Origin: Cytophagaceae bacterium
GTDB taxonomy: Bacteria > Bacteroidota > Bacteroidia > Cytophagales > Flexibacteraceae
Assembly: GCA_027487695.1 (NCBI GenBank)
Contig: JAIYDB010000019.1
Coordinates: forward strand, 15,372-79,371
Direction: 5' to 3'
DNA: 64,000 nt
The translations under genes were made by a program, and so were the position numbers. A model generated the notes under the pieces. It was not told the origin of the DNA. It worked only from the letters and a program-made list of their open reading frames with translations, and did not search any database. Each line of letters starts with the position of its first letter. Positions within the stretch are counted from its first letter, which is position 1. This document shows positions 37,677 to 47,825 of the stretch, one piece after another.

Positions 37677-39110
37677 ATGGCATACTTGTACAAAACTATA
37701 TGTTGGGTAGTGTGCCTGTTTTTGGGGTTAGGTGGGCAAGTGTTTGCTCAAAGACCTGAGGTTTATTTCCACCAGAATTTCTTTAAAGATTCCGAAGGTC
37801 AAGTTTTAGTCGAAAACACACTTTTTGTAAAAGATAGCAAATGGAGAAAGCTATCTGATGCTGAGGTGTATATTGGTGTACAGGTTCTGAATAGCAAAAA
37901 GGAAGTTGTTCAGCAAGATCAGCGCATATTGAAAGCCAATAGCCTATTACCATTAAGTCTTGAAACTACTTACTTGCCCTATAGACTTAATAGTGTTTTA
38001 GGCGCAGGTAACTATCAGCTTAAAATTCTGATTAGGTCAAAGGTAAATCCAGATTCTCTTTCAGAAGTGCTGCCATTTACTGTTAAGTCATTTGATGCAG
38101 ATACTGCGTCATTAAGTTCCATTCAAATGTTGCTGCGTTATGATCGGGTAAGCGCTAGTACTATGTGGACAAAGCACGGATACGACTTAGAATTGCAACC
38201 AAGTCTTATCGCAGGAAAAACTAGTAAGTTTCTGCACGCATTTATAGAAGCCTACCAAGGAAAAAAAAGACAAGCTTTATTGGTTATGATTGGCATTAGT
38301 AAAGGTGAAAGTGGTCTTTGGTTAGATTATACTTCAAACAGACGTTTCAAGCCTGGAGAAACCGATGTGGTTGTTTTAAAGTCCATTGATATTACTGAAC
38401 TACCAAGTGGTACCTATTTCCTACGCTCAGATATTTTAGATACCTCTGGAAAAGTAATCGAAACTAAAAAGATTGAATTTACCAGAATTAATCCATCAGC
38501 GGATAAAGTAGAAACGGCTGAATTGAATACCAACCACAAGATATCTGGCACTTTCGTAGATAGTATGCCTTTGGCGGATCTAAAGAAGTATATGGTTGCC
38601 TTGCAACCTATTGCCACCAATCAAGAACAGCATACCATCAATATTTTGGTTAAGACCCAGAATACCAAGCAAATGCAGGATTATCTGCTGGAGTTCTGGA
38701 AGAAACGAGATGCTAAGAATCCGGAATCAGCTTTTAATGATTACAAAGAGCTGCTTACTTACGCCCAGCAACAATATGGTGTGGCGAGTATGAACGTTTT
38801 CAATACCGATAGAGGCAGGGTTTTACTTCAATACGGCAAACCAAACCGACAGGATAATGAGCTAACTGATCCTGCTCGTGTAGGCATTCAGAATAGTAAC
38901 TTGATTAACTATGAAATCTGGACCTATTACCATACCGAACGCAGCAATCAGAATAATGTTCAGTTTGTATTTGTACAGGAAAACCAAGGAAACAATAATT
39001 TCAGGTTAGTGCATAGCACCGCTATTGGCGAAGTTTACGCTCCAAGTTGGCGAAGCCAATTACAGCAACGCTATACCCAAGGCAACAATGGTTTTAATAT
39101 AGATAGGTAG
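37677..39110 (+). CDS. GWxTD domain-containing protein (motif degenerate: VFNTD)
   Basis: Signal peptide. C-terminal pattern FWKKRD..NP, NTDRGRVLLQYGKP and YEIWTYY. Confidence 0.7.
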   Translation: MAYLYKTICWVVCLFLGLGGQVFAQRPEVYFHQNFFKDSEGQVLVENTLFVKDSKWRKLSDAEVYIGVQVLNSKKEVVQQDQRILKANSLLPLSLETTYLPYRLNSVLGAGNYQLKILIRSKVNPDSLSEVLPFTVKSFDADTASLSSIQMLLRYDRVSASTMWTKHGYDLELQPSLIAGKTSKFLHAFIEAYQGKKRQALLVMIGISKGESGLWLDYTSNRRFKPGETDVVVLKSIDITELPSGTYFLRSDILDTSGKVIETKKIEFTRINPSADKVETAELNTNHKISGTFVDSMPLADLKKYMVALQPIATNQEQHTINILVKTQNTKQMQDYLLEFWKKRDAKNPESAFNDYKELLTYAQQQYGVASMNVFNTDRGRVLLQYGKPNRQDNELTDPARVGIQNSNLINYEIWTYYHTERSNQNNVQFVFVQENQGNNNFRLVHSTAIGEVYAPSWRSQLQQRYTQGNNGFNIDR

Positions 39111-39118
39111 TTTAGTGT

Positions 39119-39955
39119 ATGTGGTTCTTTTACGGATTATCTAGGTTACCCTTTTTTGTTCTTTATTTGATTAGCGACTTTTTGGCTTTCCTAGCTGGAA
39201 CTGTTTTTAAATACAGGAAAAAGGTAATTCTTAAAAATTTAAGAAAATCGTTTCCAGAAAAAACAGACCAAGAATTAGAGTTAATTACCAAGGGCTTCTA
39301 TAAAAACCTGTCTGATATTGTAGTTGAAACTATAAAGGGCCTTACCATTAGTCAGAAGGAGCTAGATAGAAGAGTAAAAATTGTAAATGAAGATGTTTTA
39401 GTAAAGTACCTGCAAGGAAATACTACCAATATTGCGCTAGCTAGCCACCAAGGTAACTGGGAGTGGTTGCTTTTGAGTTGCGCATCACGATTACCAGTAA
39501 ACGTACAGGCTGCCTATAAACCTCTCAGAAATCAGTTTTTTGAAAAGTTAATGTATGGCATACGTTCTAGGTTTGGAACAGAACCAATCCCTTCTAAGCA
39601 ATTGGTAAGAAGGATGGTTCAATTAAGAGGACAAACAAGCTTATTTGCCTTAGTAGCGGACCAATCTCCAGACCCTCAACAAGCAACTGTTGTGCAATTC
39701 CTGAATCAAAAGACTATCTTCCTGAATGGACCTCAAAAGCTTTACGATTTAAGTAAAGGCATTGTTTATTATGCAGAAATGGTACGAGTAAAACGAGGAT
39801 ACTATACCATTCAAGCACATTTTTTAGCAGAACTCCCCTACCAAGGTTCCCAAACTATTATACAAGATTATGCCAAGGCAGTGGAGCAAAGTATTGCCCG
39901 CAACCCAGAGTCGTGGTTATGGAGCCATAAGCGTTGGAAGTTTAAGGTGGAGTAG
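39119..39955 (+). CDS. Lipid A biosynthesis (LpxL/HtrB-like) lysophospholipid acyltransferase family protein
   Basis: 278 aa. Active-site HQGNWEW and C-terminal PESWLWSHKRWK. Confidence 0.8.
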   Translation: MWFFYGLSRLPFFVLYLISDFLAFLAGTVFKYRKKVILKNLRKSFPEKTDQELELITKGFYKNLSDIVVETIKGLTISQKELDRRVKIVNEDVLVKYLQGNTTNIALASHQGNWEWLLLSCASRLPVNVQAAYKPLRNQFFEKLMYGIRSRFGTEPIPSKQLVRRMVQLRGQTSLFALVADQSPDPQQATVVQFLNQKTIFLNGPQKLYDLSKGIVYYAEMVRVKRGYYTIQAHFLAELPYQGSQTIIQDYAKAVEQSIARNPESWLWSHKRWKFKVE

Positions 39956-40025
39956 ATGGTTAATATTACATATTCTATTAATAGCAATCCCTTTACTTTT
40001 ACCTTCAATTACCTATTTTTAGGCT

Positions 40026-41840
40026 ATGAATACAGCAAATACTTATTCAAAAGCCCTGTCTTTTATTACTCTTTTTCTTGTAGGTATTATTTACCTTTTA
40101 ACCCTACCACCTTCTGTAATAGAAACTGATAGCGGCGAATTAGCAGCTGCCTTATATCATTTAGGATTGCCTCACGCTACTGGCTATCCCTTGTTTTCAA
40201 TCTTGGGTTGGTTGTTTTTACAAATACCTCTTGGACTTAGAGCTATAGTCCAATTACATGTATTGGGTGCCCTATTTACTTTAGGTGGGGTTTACCTGTT
40301 TTCAGTATCGGTTAATCGTTTGTTAGTTGTAAAGGGAGGCTTTACAATACAAACAGCTAATATACTTCAGGCGGTTTTCTGTTTGGTTACTGGCACCATG
40401 CCCGTAGTTTGGAAGCAGGCTACTGGTATTGAGGTTTATTCTTTACATATACTGTTAATAGCTTTTATACTTTATCGTCTTATTGTTTGGAGCAAAGGCA
40501 ATAGCTTACAAAGTAGAATATGGTTGGGCGTTGCTCTTGGATTAGGTTTTAGTAACCATGCAAGTACCATTATGTTGGGTCCTGGATTATTGGTACTTTA
40601 TTTTGCTTTAAGCAATAAATCCTTTTCAGATGCTTTAAAACAAGGACTAGGAATTGCTCTAATTGCATTTGCGGTTTTAGGTGTATTCTGGGCTTATTTA
40701 ATTATTAGAGCAAATCAAAACCCTTTAATCAATTGGGGTAATCCTGTTGACTATCAATCCTTTACATACCATATTTTAGGAAAGCAATACAGTAATTTTA
40801 TTGGTGGCAAAGGTGTATTTGCCAAACAGTTTGCTCTGTTCTTTAAAATAGGTTGGCCATTTATAGTGTTGATAGGTGGGATTGCTTCTTTAGGATTATT
40901 CAAGTTATCTAGTAAACTAAGAATTTGGACTATTGCACTCATTATCAATACGGTAACCTGTTTGATTATAGCTTGTAATTACAATATCCACGATATTGAA
41001 AGTTACTTTTTATTGGCTTTCTTAAGTTTGGCTATTCTGTTTTGCTTTGGGATAGCCCAAGCAATTGAACAAGAAGGGGTTATTAAGAAGTTAGGATATA
41101 TATATCCAACAGCAGCAGCTGTAATTGCAATAGGATTGATAAGTTTAAATTGGAAACAACAAGACCTCAGTAAGCTTACCGCTTATGAAACTTATACACT
41201 AAATATACTTGAACAGGTTGAGCCTAACGCATTGATTTACAGTAGGCAGTGGGATACTTTTGTGGCACCTGCCTTATACTTTCAGTATGTAGAAGGTAAG
41301 GGTAAAAATGTGCTTATCATTGATAAAGAACTGGTACGCAGGTCTTGGTATTACAATCAACTGAATAACTTTGATGCTAACTCTATAGAATCGGTAAAGG
41401 CAGAATATGAGGCATTTCTCACTGCTTTAAAACCATTTGAATTGGGTAGTAAGTCTTTCGATGGAAACGCTATTGAACAAGCTTGGAGAACTTTGCACGC
41501 TGCCATTTTATCTAAAAGTATAGCCGTACGTCCTGTTTATGTAACTCCGGATTTACTTTCGGATTTCCAAAGCGGTGAACTACAAGTGCCAAAAGGTTTT
41601 TCATTAATTCCAGTTGGTAATTTGTTTAAGGTAGTGCCTGATAACCAACCTTATACTCCGAACTTTACCTATCCTATAATTGCTTATTCAAAAAGGAAAA
41701 CCAATAAGCTAATTGACCAAATGAGAGATATCCAAATCCTCACTTTAGGTTACAGAGCTACCTATGAAAAGGCACAAGGAAAACCGGAACTAGCACAAAA
41801 AATAATGGCCCAAGCCGATAGCTTGAGCCAATTAAAATAG
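40026..41840 (+). CDS. DUF2723 (TMEM260-like, glycosyltransferase-C fold) membrane protein
   Basis: 604 aa, polytopic. N-terminal TDSGELAAALYHLGLPHATGYPLF. Confidence 0.7.
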   Translation: MNTANTYSKALSFITLFLVGIIYLLTLPPSVIETDSGELAAALYHLGLPHATGYPLFSILGWLFLQIPLGLRAIVQLHVLGALFTLGGVYLFSVSVNRLLVVKGGFTIQTANILQAVFCLVTGTMPVVWKQATGIEVYSLHILLIAFILYRLIVWSKGNSLQSRIWLGVALGLGFSNHASTIMLGPGLLVLYFALSNKSFSDALKQGLGIALIAFAVLGVFWAYLIIRANQNPLINWGNPVDYQSFTYHILGKQYSNFIGGKGVFAKQFALFFKIGWPFIVLIGGIASLGLFKLSSKLRIWTIALIINTVTCLIIACNYNIHDIESYFLLAFLSLAILFCFGIAQAIEQEGVIKKLGYIYPTAAAVIAIGLISLNWKQQDLSKLTAYETYTLNILEQVEPNALIYSRQWDTFVAPALYFQYVEGKGKNVLIIDKELVRRSWYYNQLNNFDANSIESVKAEYEAFLTALKPFELGSKSFDGNAIEQAWRTLHAAILSKSIAVRPVYVTPDLLSDFQSGELQVPKGFSLIPVGNLFKVVPDNQPYTPNFTYPIIAYSKRKTNKLIDQMRDIQILTLGYRATYEKAQGKPELAQKIMAQADSLSQLK

Positions 41841-41853
41841 CAGTTAAAATTAC

Positions 41854-43647
41854 TTATTTCTTCTTGTTATTCTGTTGAGCTTTCTTTTGCTCTTCAGCAG
41901 CACGCATAGCATCTTCTAGACGTTTAGCAAAGCCACCTTTCGGCTTATCTTTATTCTTTTCCTTATTGGCTTCCAGTTTATTGCGGATTTCAGCATCGTT
42001 AACCGTACTGCGGATAATGAACTGCTGTCCCATACTTGCCATGTTACTAACCAAGTAATAGAAGTTAAGACCTGCTGGTAAAGTATTCAAAATGAACATA
42101 AAGAATACTGGCATAATATAACTCATATAGAGCATTGGGCCTGTAACTGTACTTGTTTGATTGTTGTACCACGTTACTAATAAAGTTGAAAGCGTCATTA
42201 GAATAGTGAACAAACTCACGTGACTACCATAACCAGGTAAGCTAAAAGGAAGCGTTGCTATACTATCGTAAGTACTCAAATCGTCTGACCACCAAAACGC
42301 AACCTGACGTAGTTCAATTGCATTCGGGAAGAAGTTAAACATGGAAAGTAATACCGGCAATTGTAATAGTAATGGAATACAACCAGCCAACGGATTAACC
42401 CCGACAGATTGGAACAACTTCATTTGCTCTTGTTGAGCTGCAGCCATATCCTCGCCGTGCTTTTCCTTAATTACAGCGATTTCAGGAGCTAATACCCTCA
42501 TTTTCGCCATCCCTACAAATGAATTGTAGTTCAATGGGAATAATAGAATACGAATAAATACCACCAAGAGAACTATGATAATACCGTAGTTCATATTAAA
42601 GCCTTCTAAGAAATAGAAAACATTAACTACTAAGTACTTATTAAACAGGTTAATAACAGGTAATCCTAGGTAGATATTATCTTCAAAACCAGGGGCAATT
42701 GTACCTAATAGCTTGTACTTATTAGGTCCGAAGAACCATTTTATATTTCCATTAGCTGCACCTTTTGGCATAGCAACAGTAGCTTCTAATAGCTTAACCG
42801 CCTTTTCATCCTTTTGATTTGTGTAAGAATGCACCTTTGCCCCAGCAAATGGTGCTGCAGAGTCTGCAATGATACCAACTGAAAAGAAATGGCTTTTAAG
42901 AGAAACCCAATTCACTGAAGGACCAACTTCTTTAGAAACATCGTCTAAGGTGCTTTCCTTTAGGTTGTCATGACCTTCTTCAGGAGTATAAAAATTCACC
43001 GTAGAGTTAATTCTACAGCTGCTTAAGTCTTTTTCGCTTTGGGGTAAATCGTCACCTACGAATACAGAAACAGATTCATTCGCTTTTAAGCTTAAGCCTT
43101 GTAATTGTAAGTTCTGTCTTACAATAAAGCCTGCTTCTTCAAGTGTATAAGAAACCTTTACAGTAGGATTACTTACCAAGGCGAAAGTTACAGTTTTGCC
43201 ATTTACACTTGGCTCGAAGTAAAAGTCTGATAGCTTAGCATTGTTATTGGCAAGCGGCACATTTACCTGAAAATCTGATCTTCCACTATCTAAAAGTGTA
43301 AAGGTTTCGCCCGTCCAGAATTTATGCTTCTTTAAAGATACCTGTTTAATACCAGCACCTTTGGTAGAAAAAGTAATTTTTAGTTCATCGTTTTCAAGAA
43401 CTACGTTTTTTTCCGTACCAATTGTTGCTGCTGCCAAACTGCCAAACTTGGCTGCGTTTTGCTTAATAATTGCACTATCAGGTAAAGCGGCTACTGTATT
43501 AGCAGCACTCCCTTTTTTAGAGGTATCTGCTACCGAGGTAGTTTTTGGCTTTGCAGGTGGCTGAATTGGTTCAGGAGCAAAGAACTGAAAATAGACGAAG
43601 ATAAGTGCGAACATAAGCACCAATCCTATCACTGAATTTTTATCCAT
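41854..43647 (-). CDS. yidC: Membrane protein insertase YidC
   Basis: 597 aa. Large periplasmic domain followed by a 60-kDa insertase core and a Lys-rich tail. Confidence 0.92.
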   Translation of the reverse strand: MDKNSVIGLVLMFALIFVYFQFFAPEPIQPPAKPKTTSVADTSKKGSAANTVAALPDSAIIKQNAAKFGSLAAATIGTEKNVVLENDELKITFSTKGAGIKQVSLKKHKFWTGETFTLLDSGRSDFQVNVPLANNNAKLSDFYFEPSVNGKTVTFALVSNPTVKVSYTLEEAGFIVRQNLQLQGLSLKANESVSVFVGDDLPQSEKDLSSCRINSTVNFYTPEEGHDNLKESTLDDVSKEVGPSVNWVSLKSHFFSVGIIADSAAPFAGAKVHSYTNQKDEKAVKLLEATVAMPKGAANGNIKWFFGPNKYKLLGTIAPGFEDNIYLGLPVINLFNKYLVVNVFYFLEGFNMNYGIIIVLLVVFIRILLFPLNYNSFVGMAKMRVLAPEIAVIKEKHGEDMAAAQQEQMKLFQSVGVNPLAGCIPLLLQLPVLLSMFNFFPNAIELRQVAFWWSDDLSTYDSIATLPFSLPGYGSHVSLFTILMTLSTLLVTWYNNQTSTVTGPMLYMSYIMPVFFMFILNTLPAGLNFYYLVSNMASMGQQFIIRSTVNDAEIRNKLEANKEKNKDKPKGGFAKRLEDAMRAAEEQKKAQQNNKKK

Positions 43648-43666
43648 TATATGTATTACTATAAAA

Positions 43667-43687
43667 AAGCCCCCGCTTTAGGGGCTT
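43667..43687 (-). terminator. Terminator of pyrG
   Basis: Stem AAGCCCC/GGGGCTT followed by TTTTTTAT on the minus strand. Confidence 0.65.
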
Positions 43688-43708
43688 GTATTAAGGTGCA
43701 AAGTTAGT

Positions 43709-45346
43709 TTAGTGATTTACTTCTTCAAGGGTTTTATTTAAACTGTATGAAATAGCAGCTTTTATAAATCCTACAAATAGCGGGTGAGGCGCCTCTACCC
43801 TACTCTTATATTCAGGGTGGTATTGAACTCCGACAAACCAAGGGTGCTTAGGTATTTCAACAACCTCTACTAAGTTACTTTCTGGGTTTATACCAGTGGC
43901 CTGCATGCCACCTCTTTGGAAATCGGCTAGGTAATCGCTATTAAATTCATAGCGGTGTCTATGGCGTTCTTTGATATTAGTTTTACCATAAGCTGCTTTA
44001 ATGTTAGTACCATCTACAAGGGTACAATCGTAAGCACCTAAGCGCATAGTTCCACCTTTATTTACTACCTTCTTCTGGCTTTCCATCATAGAAATAACTG
44101 GGTGGGTAGAATTAGGGTCCATTTCAGTACTAGCAGCATCGGCCCAGCCTAATACGTTTCTGGCAAATTCAACCACTGCCATTTGCATACCTAAGCAAAT
44201 CCCCAAGAAAGGCACTTGTTGTTCTCTGGCATATTTAACAGCGGCAATTTTGCCTAAGATACCTCGTTCACCAAAGCCTGGAGCTACCAAAATAGCGTCT
44301 AAACCTTCTAATTGTGGAGCTATGGCGTGTTCTTCAAGGTCTTCTGAATGTATCCAAACAATGTTAACCTTACAATCTAAATGCGTACCAGCGTGAATAA
44401 ACGATTCCGCGATAGATTTATAGGCATCCTTTAAATCAACATACTTACCAATAAGGCCTATGCTAATATGGTGTTTCGGATTCTTAAACTTATCTAAAAA
44501 GCCTGACCATGAGGTTAAATCAATATCCTTCTTACTGGTTAGTCTTAGTTTTTGAAGTACTATCTTATCTAGTTGTTCCTTTTGCATAAGCAAGGGAACA
44601 TCGTAAATAGTTTCTGCATCAATAGCCTCAATTACAGAGTCTATGCTCACGTTACAGAACAAGGCTAGCTTTCTTCTGATATCGTCTGGTAGTTCATATT
44701 CAGTTCTACAAACTAAAATATCTGGCTGAATACCGCTCTCTAATAACTGCTTTACAGAATGTTGAGTTGGTTTTGTCTTCAACTCACCAGCCGATTTTAG
44801 GTAAGGAATCAGCGTTAGGTGAATAACCAACGCATTTTCAGGACCAAGTTCCCACTTAGCTTGCCTTACAGCTTCAATAAATGGTAAAGATTCAATATCA
44901 CCTACGCAACCGCCAATTTCGGTAATCACGAAATCGTAGTCTTCGGTTTCGCCGAGCAAGTAAAAGTTACGCTTTATTTCATCGGTAATATGCGGGATAA
45001 CCTGCACAGTCTTACCTAGAAACTCACCCTTTCTTTCTTTGCTAATGATGTTGTTGTAAATTCTACCGGTAGTAATATTATTACTTTGAGAGGTGGCTAT
45101 ATTCAGATACCTTTCATAGTGACCTAAATCTAAATCAGTTTCAGCACCATCGTCGGTTACATAACATTCACCATGTTCATAAGGATTAAGCGTACCTGGA
45201 TCAATATTCAGGTAAGGGTCAAACTTTTGAATGGTTACTGAAAAACCTCTGGCTTGAAGCAGTTTTGCTAATGAGGCAGCTACAATACCTTTACCTAAAG
45301 AAGATGTTACCCCTCCCGTAACGAAAATATATTTGATTGACGACAT
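43709..45346 (-). CDS. pyrG: CTP synthase
   Basis: Motifs YIFVTGGVTSSLGKG and GATase GICLGMQ. Start reset to ATG 45346. Confidence 0.97.
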   Translation of the reverse strand: MSSIKYIFVTGGVTSSLGKGIVAASLAKLLQARGFSVTIQKFDPYLNIDPGTLNPYEHGECYVTDDGAETDLDLGHYERYLNIATSQSNNITTGRIYNNIISKERKGEFLGKTVQVIPHITDEIKRNFYLLGETEDYDFVITEIGGCVGDIESLPFIEAVRQAKWELGPENALVIHLTLIPYLKSAGELKTKPTQHSVKQLLESGIQPDILVCRTEYELPDDIRRKLALFCNVSIDSVIEAIDAETIYDVPLLMQKEQLDKIVLQKLRLTSKKDIDLTSWSGFLDKFKNPKHHISIGLIGKYVDLKDAYKSIAESFIHAGTHLDCKVNIVWIHSEDLEEHAIAPQLEGLDAILVAPGFGERGILGKIAAVKYAREQQVPFLGICLGMQMAVVEFARNVLGWADAASTEMDPNSTHPVISMMESQKKVVNKGGTMRLGAYDCTLVDGTNIKAAYGKTNIKERHRHRYEFNSDYLADFQRGGMQATGINPESNLVEVVEIPKHPWFVGVQYHPEYKSRVEAPHPLFVGFIKAAISYSLNKTLEEVNH

Positions 45347-45452
45347 AAAACCCTTGTTACGGGATGTAAACATAAGAAAAAATGAAGCCTTTTAAAACTG
45401 TGTTTCGAATATTGAAACAATAAATGCGGCAAAGCAACTGTATATGAGCCTA

Positions 45453-47810
45453 TTAAAAACTATACAAAATACTGAATTTGTAAAGGAGGTTAGGCGTTTC
45501 AGGGTTGTTACTATATGGTCCATATCGGTAAAAGGCGCCTATTCCTACTCCTAAATAGCCTCCGCCAAAATAAATTTTAAACAGGTTACTTATGAAAGCA
45601 CCGCTTTCTACATACCCCTTATCAATGGTTTTAAGTGTTACGCCTTTGTGAAGATCGGTATTATTTAATGCCCCTATCCCCATATTGTGCATAAGGATAA
45701 ACTGAGGTTCGGAAGGGAAATTTTGGATATACCTTGGTGCAAAAGAATAAGCTGTGAATAAAGCCATAAACCTATTTGCAGCAAATTCTTGAAAGCGCAT
45801 CGTTTCAAATGAATTATGGGTAATTGCCGATGCAGGAAAGTAACTACCTCGCATATTAAACATTAGTGGGTAAGGCACATTGCCATTTACAATACCTCCT
45901 AATAACTGCACCCCAAAGTTTGCACCGCCTGAAAAAACCTTCTTGTAGTTTACTTTGCCTTCTAATTTAGTGTAGCTGCAATTACAGGTATTATAGTTTA
46001 CAAAACCAGCACTATATTGCAACCACACCTCAGGGTAAATAGTACCTAGTGACAGTGATAGCTTATTCAGGTTCATAAAAGTTTCTCCATAAGAATACCT
46101 TGCGCTAAGCTTCATTTCGAATTGCTCAAAGAACTGTCTTAACTTACCATTATCTGATAAATACTCGTATGGATAGTTTGGCTTAATTTGTTGATATAAA
46201 GCACTATAACTTAGGTAAAAGTATCTTCCTAGTTTGTTACTTATCTTAGCCTGATGAAGGGTATAAATATCTACTTCGGGCAATTGAAGTCTTCTCAAAC
46301 TTTCTGAGCCATACATTTGCTTATCAAAATCGAACTTTTGTTGAGCAGGCTCTCGTATGTCGTGTTCGTATATGTATTTGAACTCTAAGTGCTTGTTTTG
46401 TTTTGGCTTATATGCTAGAGTACTTCCCCACTTCCAACGGGCATCTAGAAAGCCATAACCTGCATAACCTGTTAGGGTAGTTGTTTTATTAAAGATTGGC
46501 TCAGATTCTAGACCCGCCCCTAATCTGATCCCTTCATAAAAATTGATATTAATAAGTTTGTTTAGGACAAGATTTACATCGCCTAGGTTCAATTTTCCAT
46601 AGACTAATCGTTGTGCAAAATTGATGGTATTATTTAACCTGAGCATTTTAGCTTGCTTGCGGTAATACTCATAGGTGTTTAGTTCTATCTTAGTAAGTGG
46701 GACAGCCCTAACCTTATTTTGCAAGATTTTATTGTTCCTATGCAGACTTGAATCATAGTCAATTACTACTTCAGAAAATGCAAATAAGCTATCAGTACCC
46801 CTTGTATTAAACCAGCTTTGCTGAACAGCTTCAATAGGCAAACCTGAAATCTTAACCTCGTAAATAATCTTTCTATACTGCGGAAAAATTCTTCCTAAAC
46901 TATCTGGCAAGTTGTTTTTAAGAAGATATTGCTCATTGTCATCTTCAATATGAGCTACAGTAAAATCGGTAGTTAAAACTGCACCAGTTTTAGCATTTAG
47001 CCAAGCGTAACCTTTTAAATAGGTACGGCGGTGTAGTTTTTTAGGATTAATTTTTAGTTGCCAATACACCTCGTTATTTATGAATGCAGTATCTATAACT
47101 TGAAAGTGATAGTCTGATAAATTACTTTCCTCAAGTGGATTAAGATATTTTGAACCGTTGATTGAAATTTCAGGCAAGCCAACACTAAATGAATTTAGCT
47201 GCATAGTAGGACCTGCTAAATCTGAACGGTCAATACCGCTTGAATTACTTTGAAGCAATCGCATTTTCTGATTTAAAGGATCTACATAATCCCATCGACC
47301 TACTAATTCACCCAAAAACAGATGATGATGGTAAGGTACAGCTGGCAACCCAGGATGTTGAACCACTTTTAAAAACTTGGAAAGATTATCTTTTAACTTA
47401 GGTAAGTTTTCTGAACCTAAGAATACCTTATGGTAACCATTAACTGAGAAAGTGAAATTACCAGCTTCAGGATAAAATGATTTAAGCCTTGCAGCATTCT
47501 GAACAACTATAAAGGCTTGATTTTGAGTTTCTGTAATTCTTTGAAAGCCTTGCTTGAGTATAAAAATGGTATCAGGTTTTGAATCTGATAGCCTTACTGA
47601 AACATAATTACCAGCACTTACTTTGATTGGTAATTGAACATCGGCTTTTACTACGCCATATCCATCGGTTAAAAAGTGACCATTTGCGGCATTAACATGG
47701 GCAAAAGCAATAGGCTTTCTGGTCAATAAATTGGCTACAACAAATCCTTGGGCTTGCGCAAAAGCACAAACAGCCAAGAAAATCACAACCAAAAAACCAC
47801 ACCTTTTCAA
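45453..47810 (-). CDS. DUF5686-like protein: carboxypeptidase-regulatory-like N-domain plus large beta-barrel
   Basis: 785 aa. Signal peptide ending AQAQG and C-terminal aromatic residue (YSF). TTG start (no ATG). The family was assigned from memory. Confidence 0.55.
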   Translation of the reverse strand: MKRCGFLVVIFLAVCAFAQAQGFVVANLLTRKPIAFAHVNAANGHFLTDGYGVVKADVQLPIKVSAGNYVSVRLSDSKPDTIFILKQGFQRITETQNQAFIVVQNAARLKSFYPEAGNFTFSVNGYHKVFLGSENLPKLKDNLSKFLKVVQHPGLPAVPYHHHLFLGELVGRWDYVDPLNQKMRLLQSNSSGIDRSDLAGPTMQLNSFSVGLPEISINGSKYLNPLEESNLSDYHFQVIDTAFINNEVYWQLKINPKKLHRRTYLKGYAWLNAKTGAVLTTDFTVAHIEDDNEQYLLKNNLPDSLGRIFPQYRKIIYEVKISGLPIEAVQQSWFNTRGTDSLFAFSEVVIDYDSSLHRNNKILQNKVRAVPLTKIELNTYEYYRKQAKMLRLNNTINFAQRLVYGKLNLGDVNLVLNKLININFYEGIRLGAGLESEPIFNKTTTLTGYAGYGFLDARWKWGSTLAYKPKQNKHLEFKYIYEHDIREPAQQKFDFDKQMYGSESLRRLQLPEVDIYTLHQAKISNKLGRYFYLSYSALYQQIKPNYPYEYLSDNGKLRQFFEQFEMKLSARYSYGETFMNLNKLSLSLGTIYPEVWLQYSAGFVNYNTCNCSYTKLEGKVNYKKVFSGGANFGVQLLGGIVNGNVPYPLMFNMRGSYFPASAITHNSFETMRFQEFAANRFMALFTAYSFAPRYIQNFPSEPQFILMHNMGIGALNNTDLHKGVTLKTIDKGYVESGAFISNLFKIYFGGGYLGVGIGAFYRYGPYSNNPETPNLLYKFSILYSF

Positions 47811-47825
47811 TAAAATAGTTCCGCC

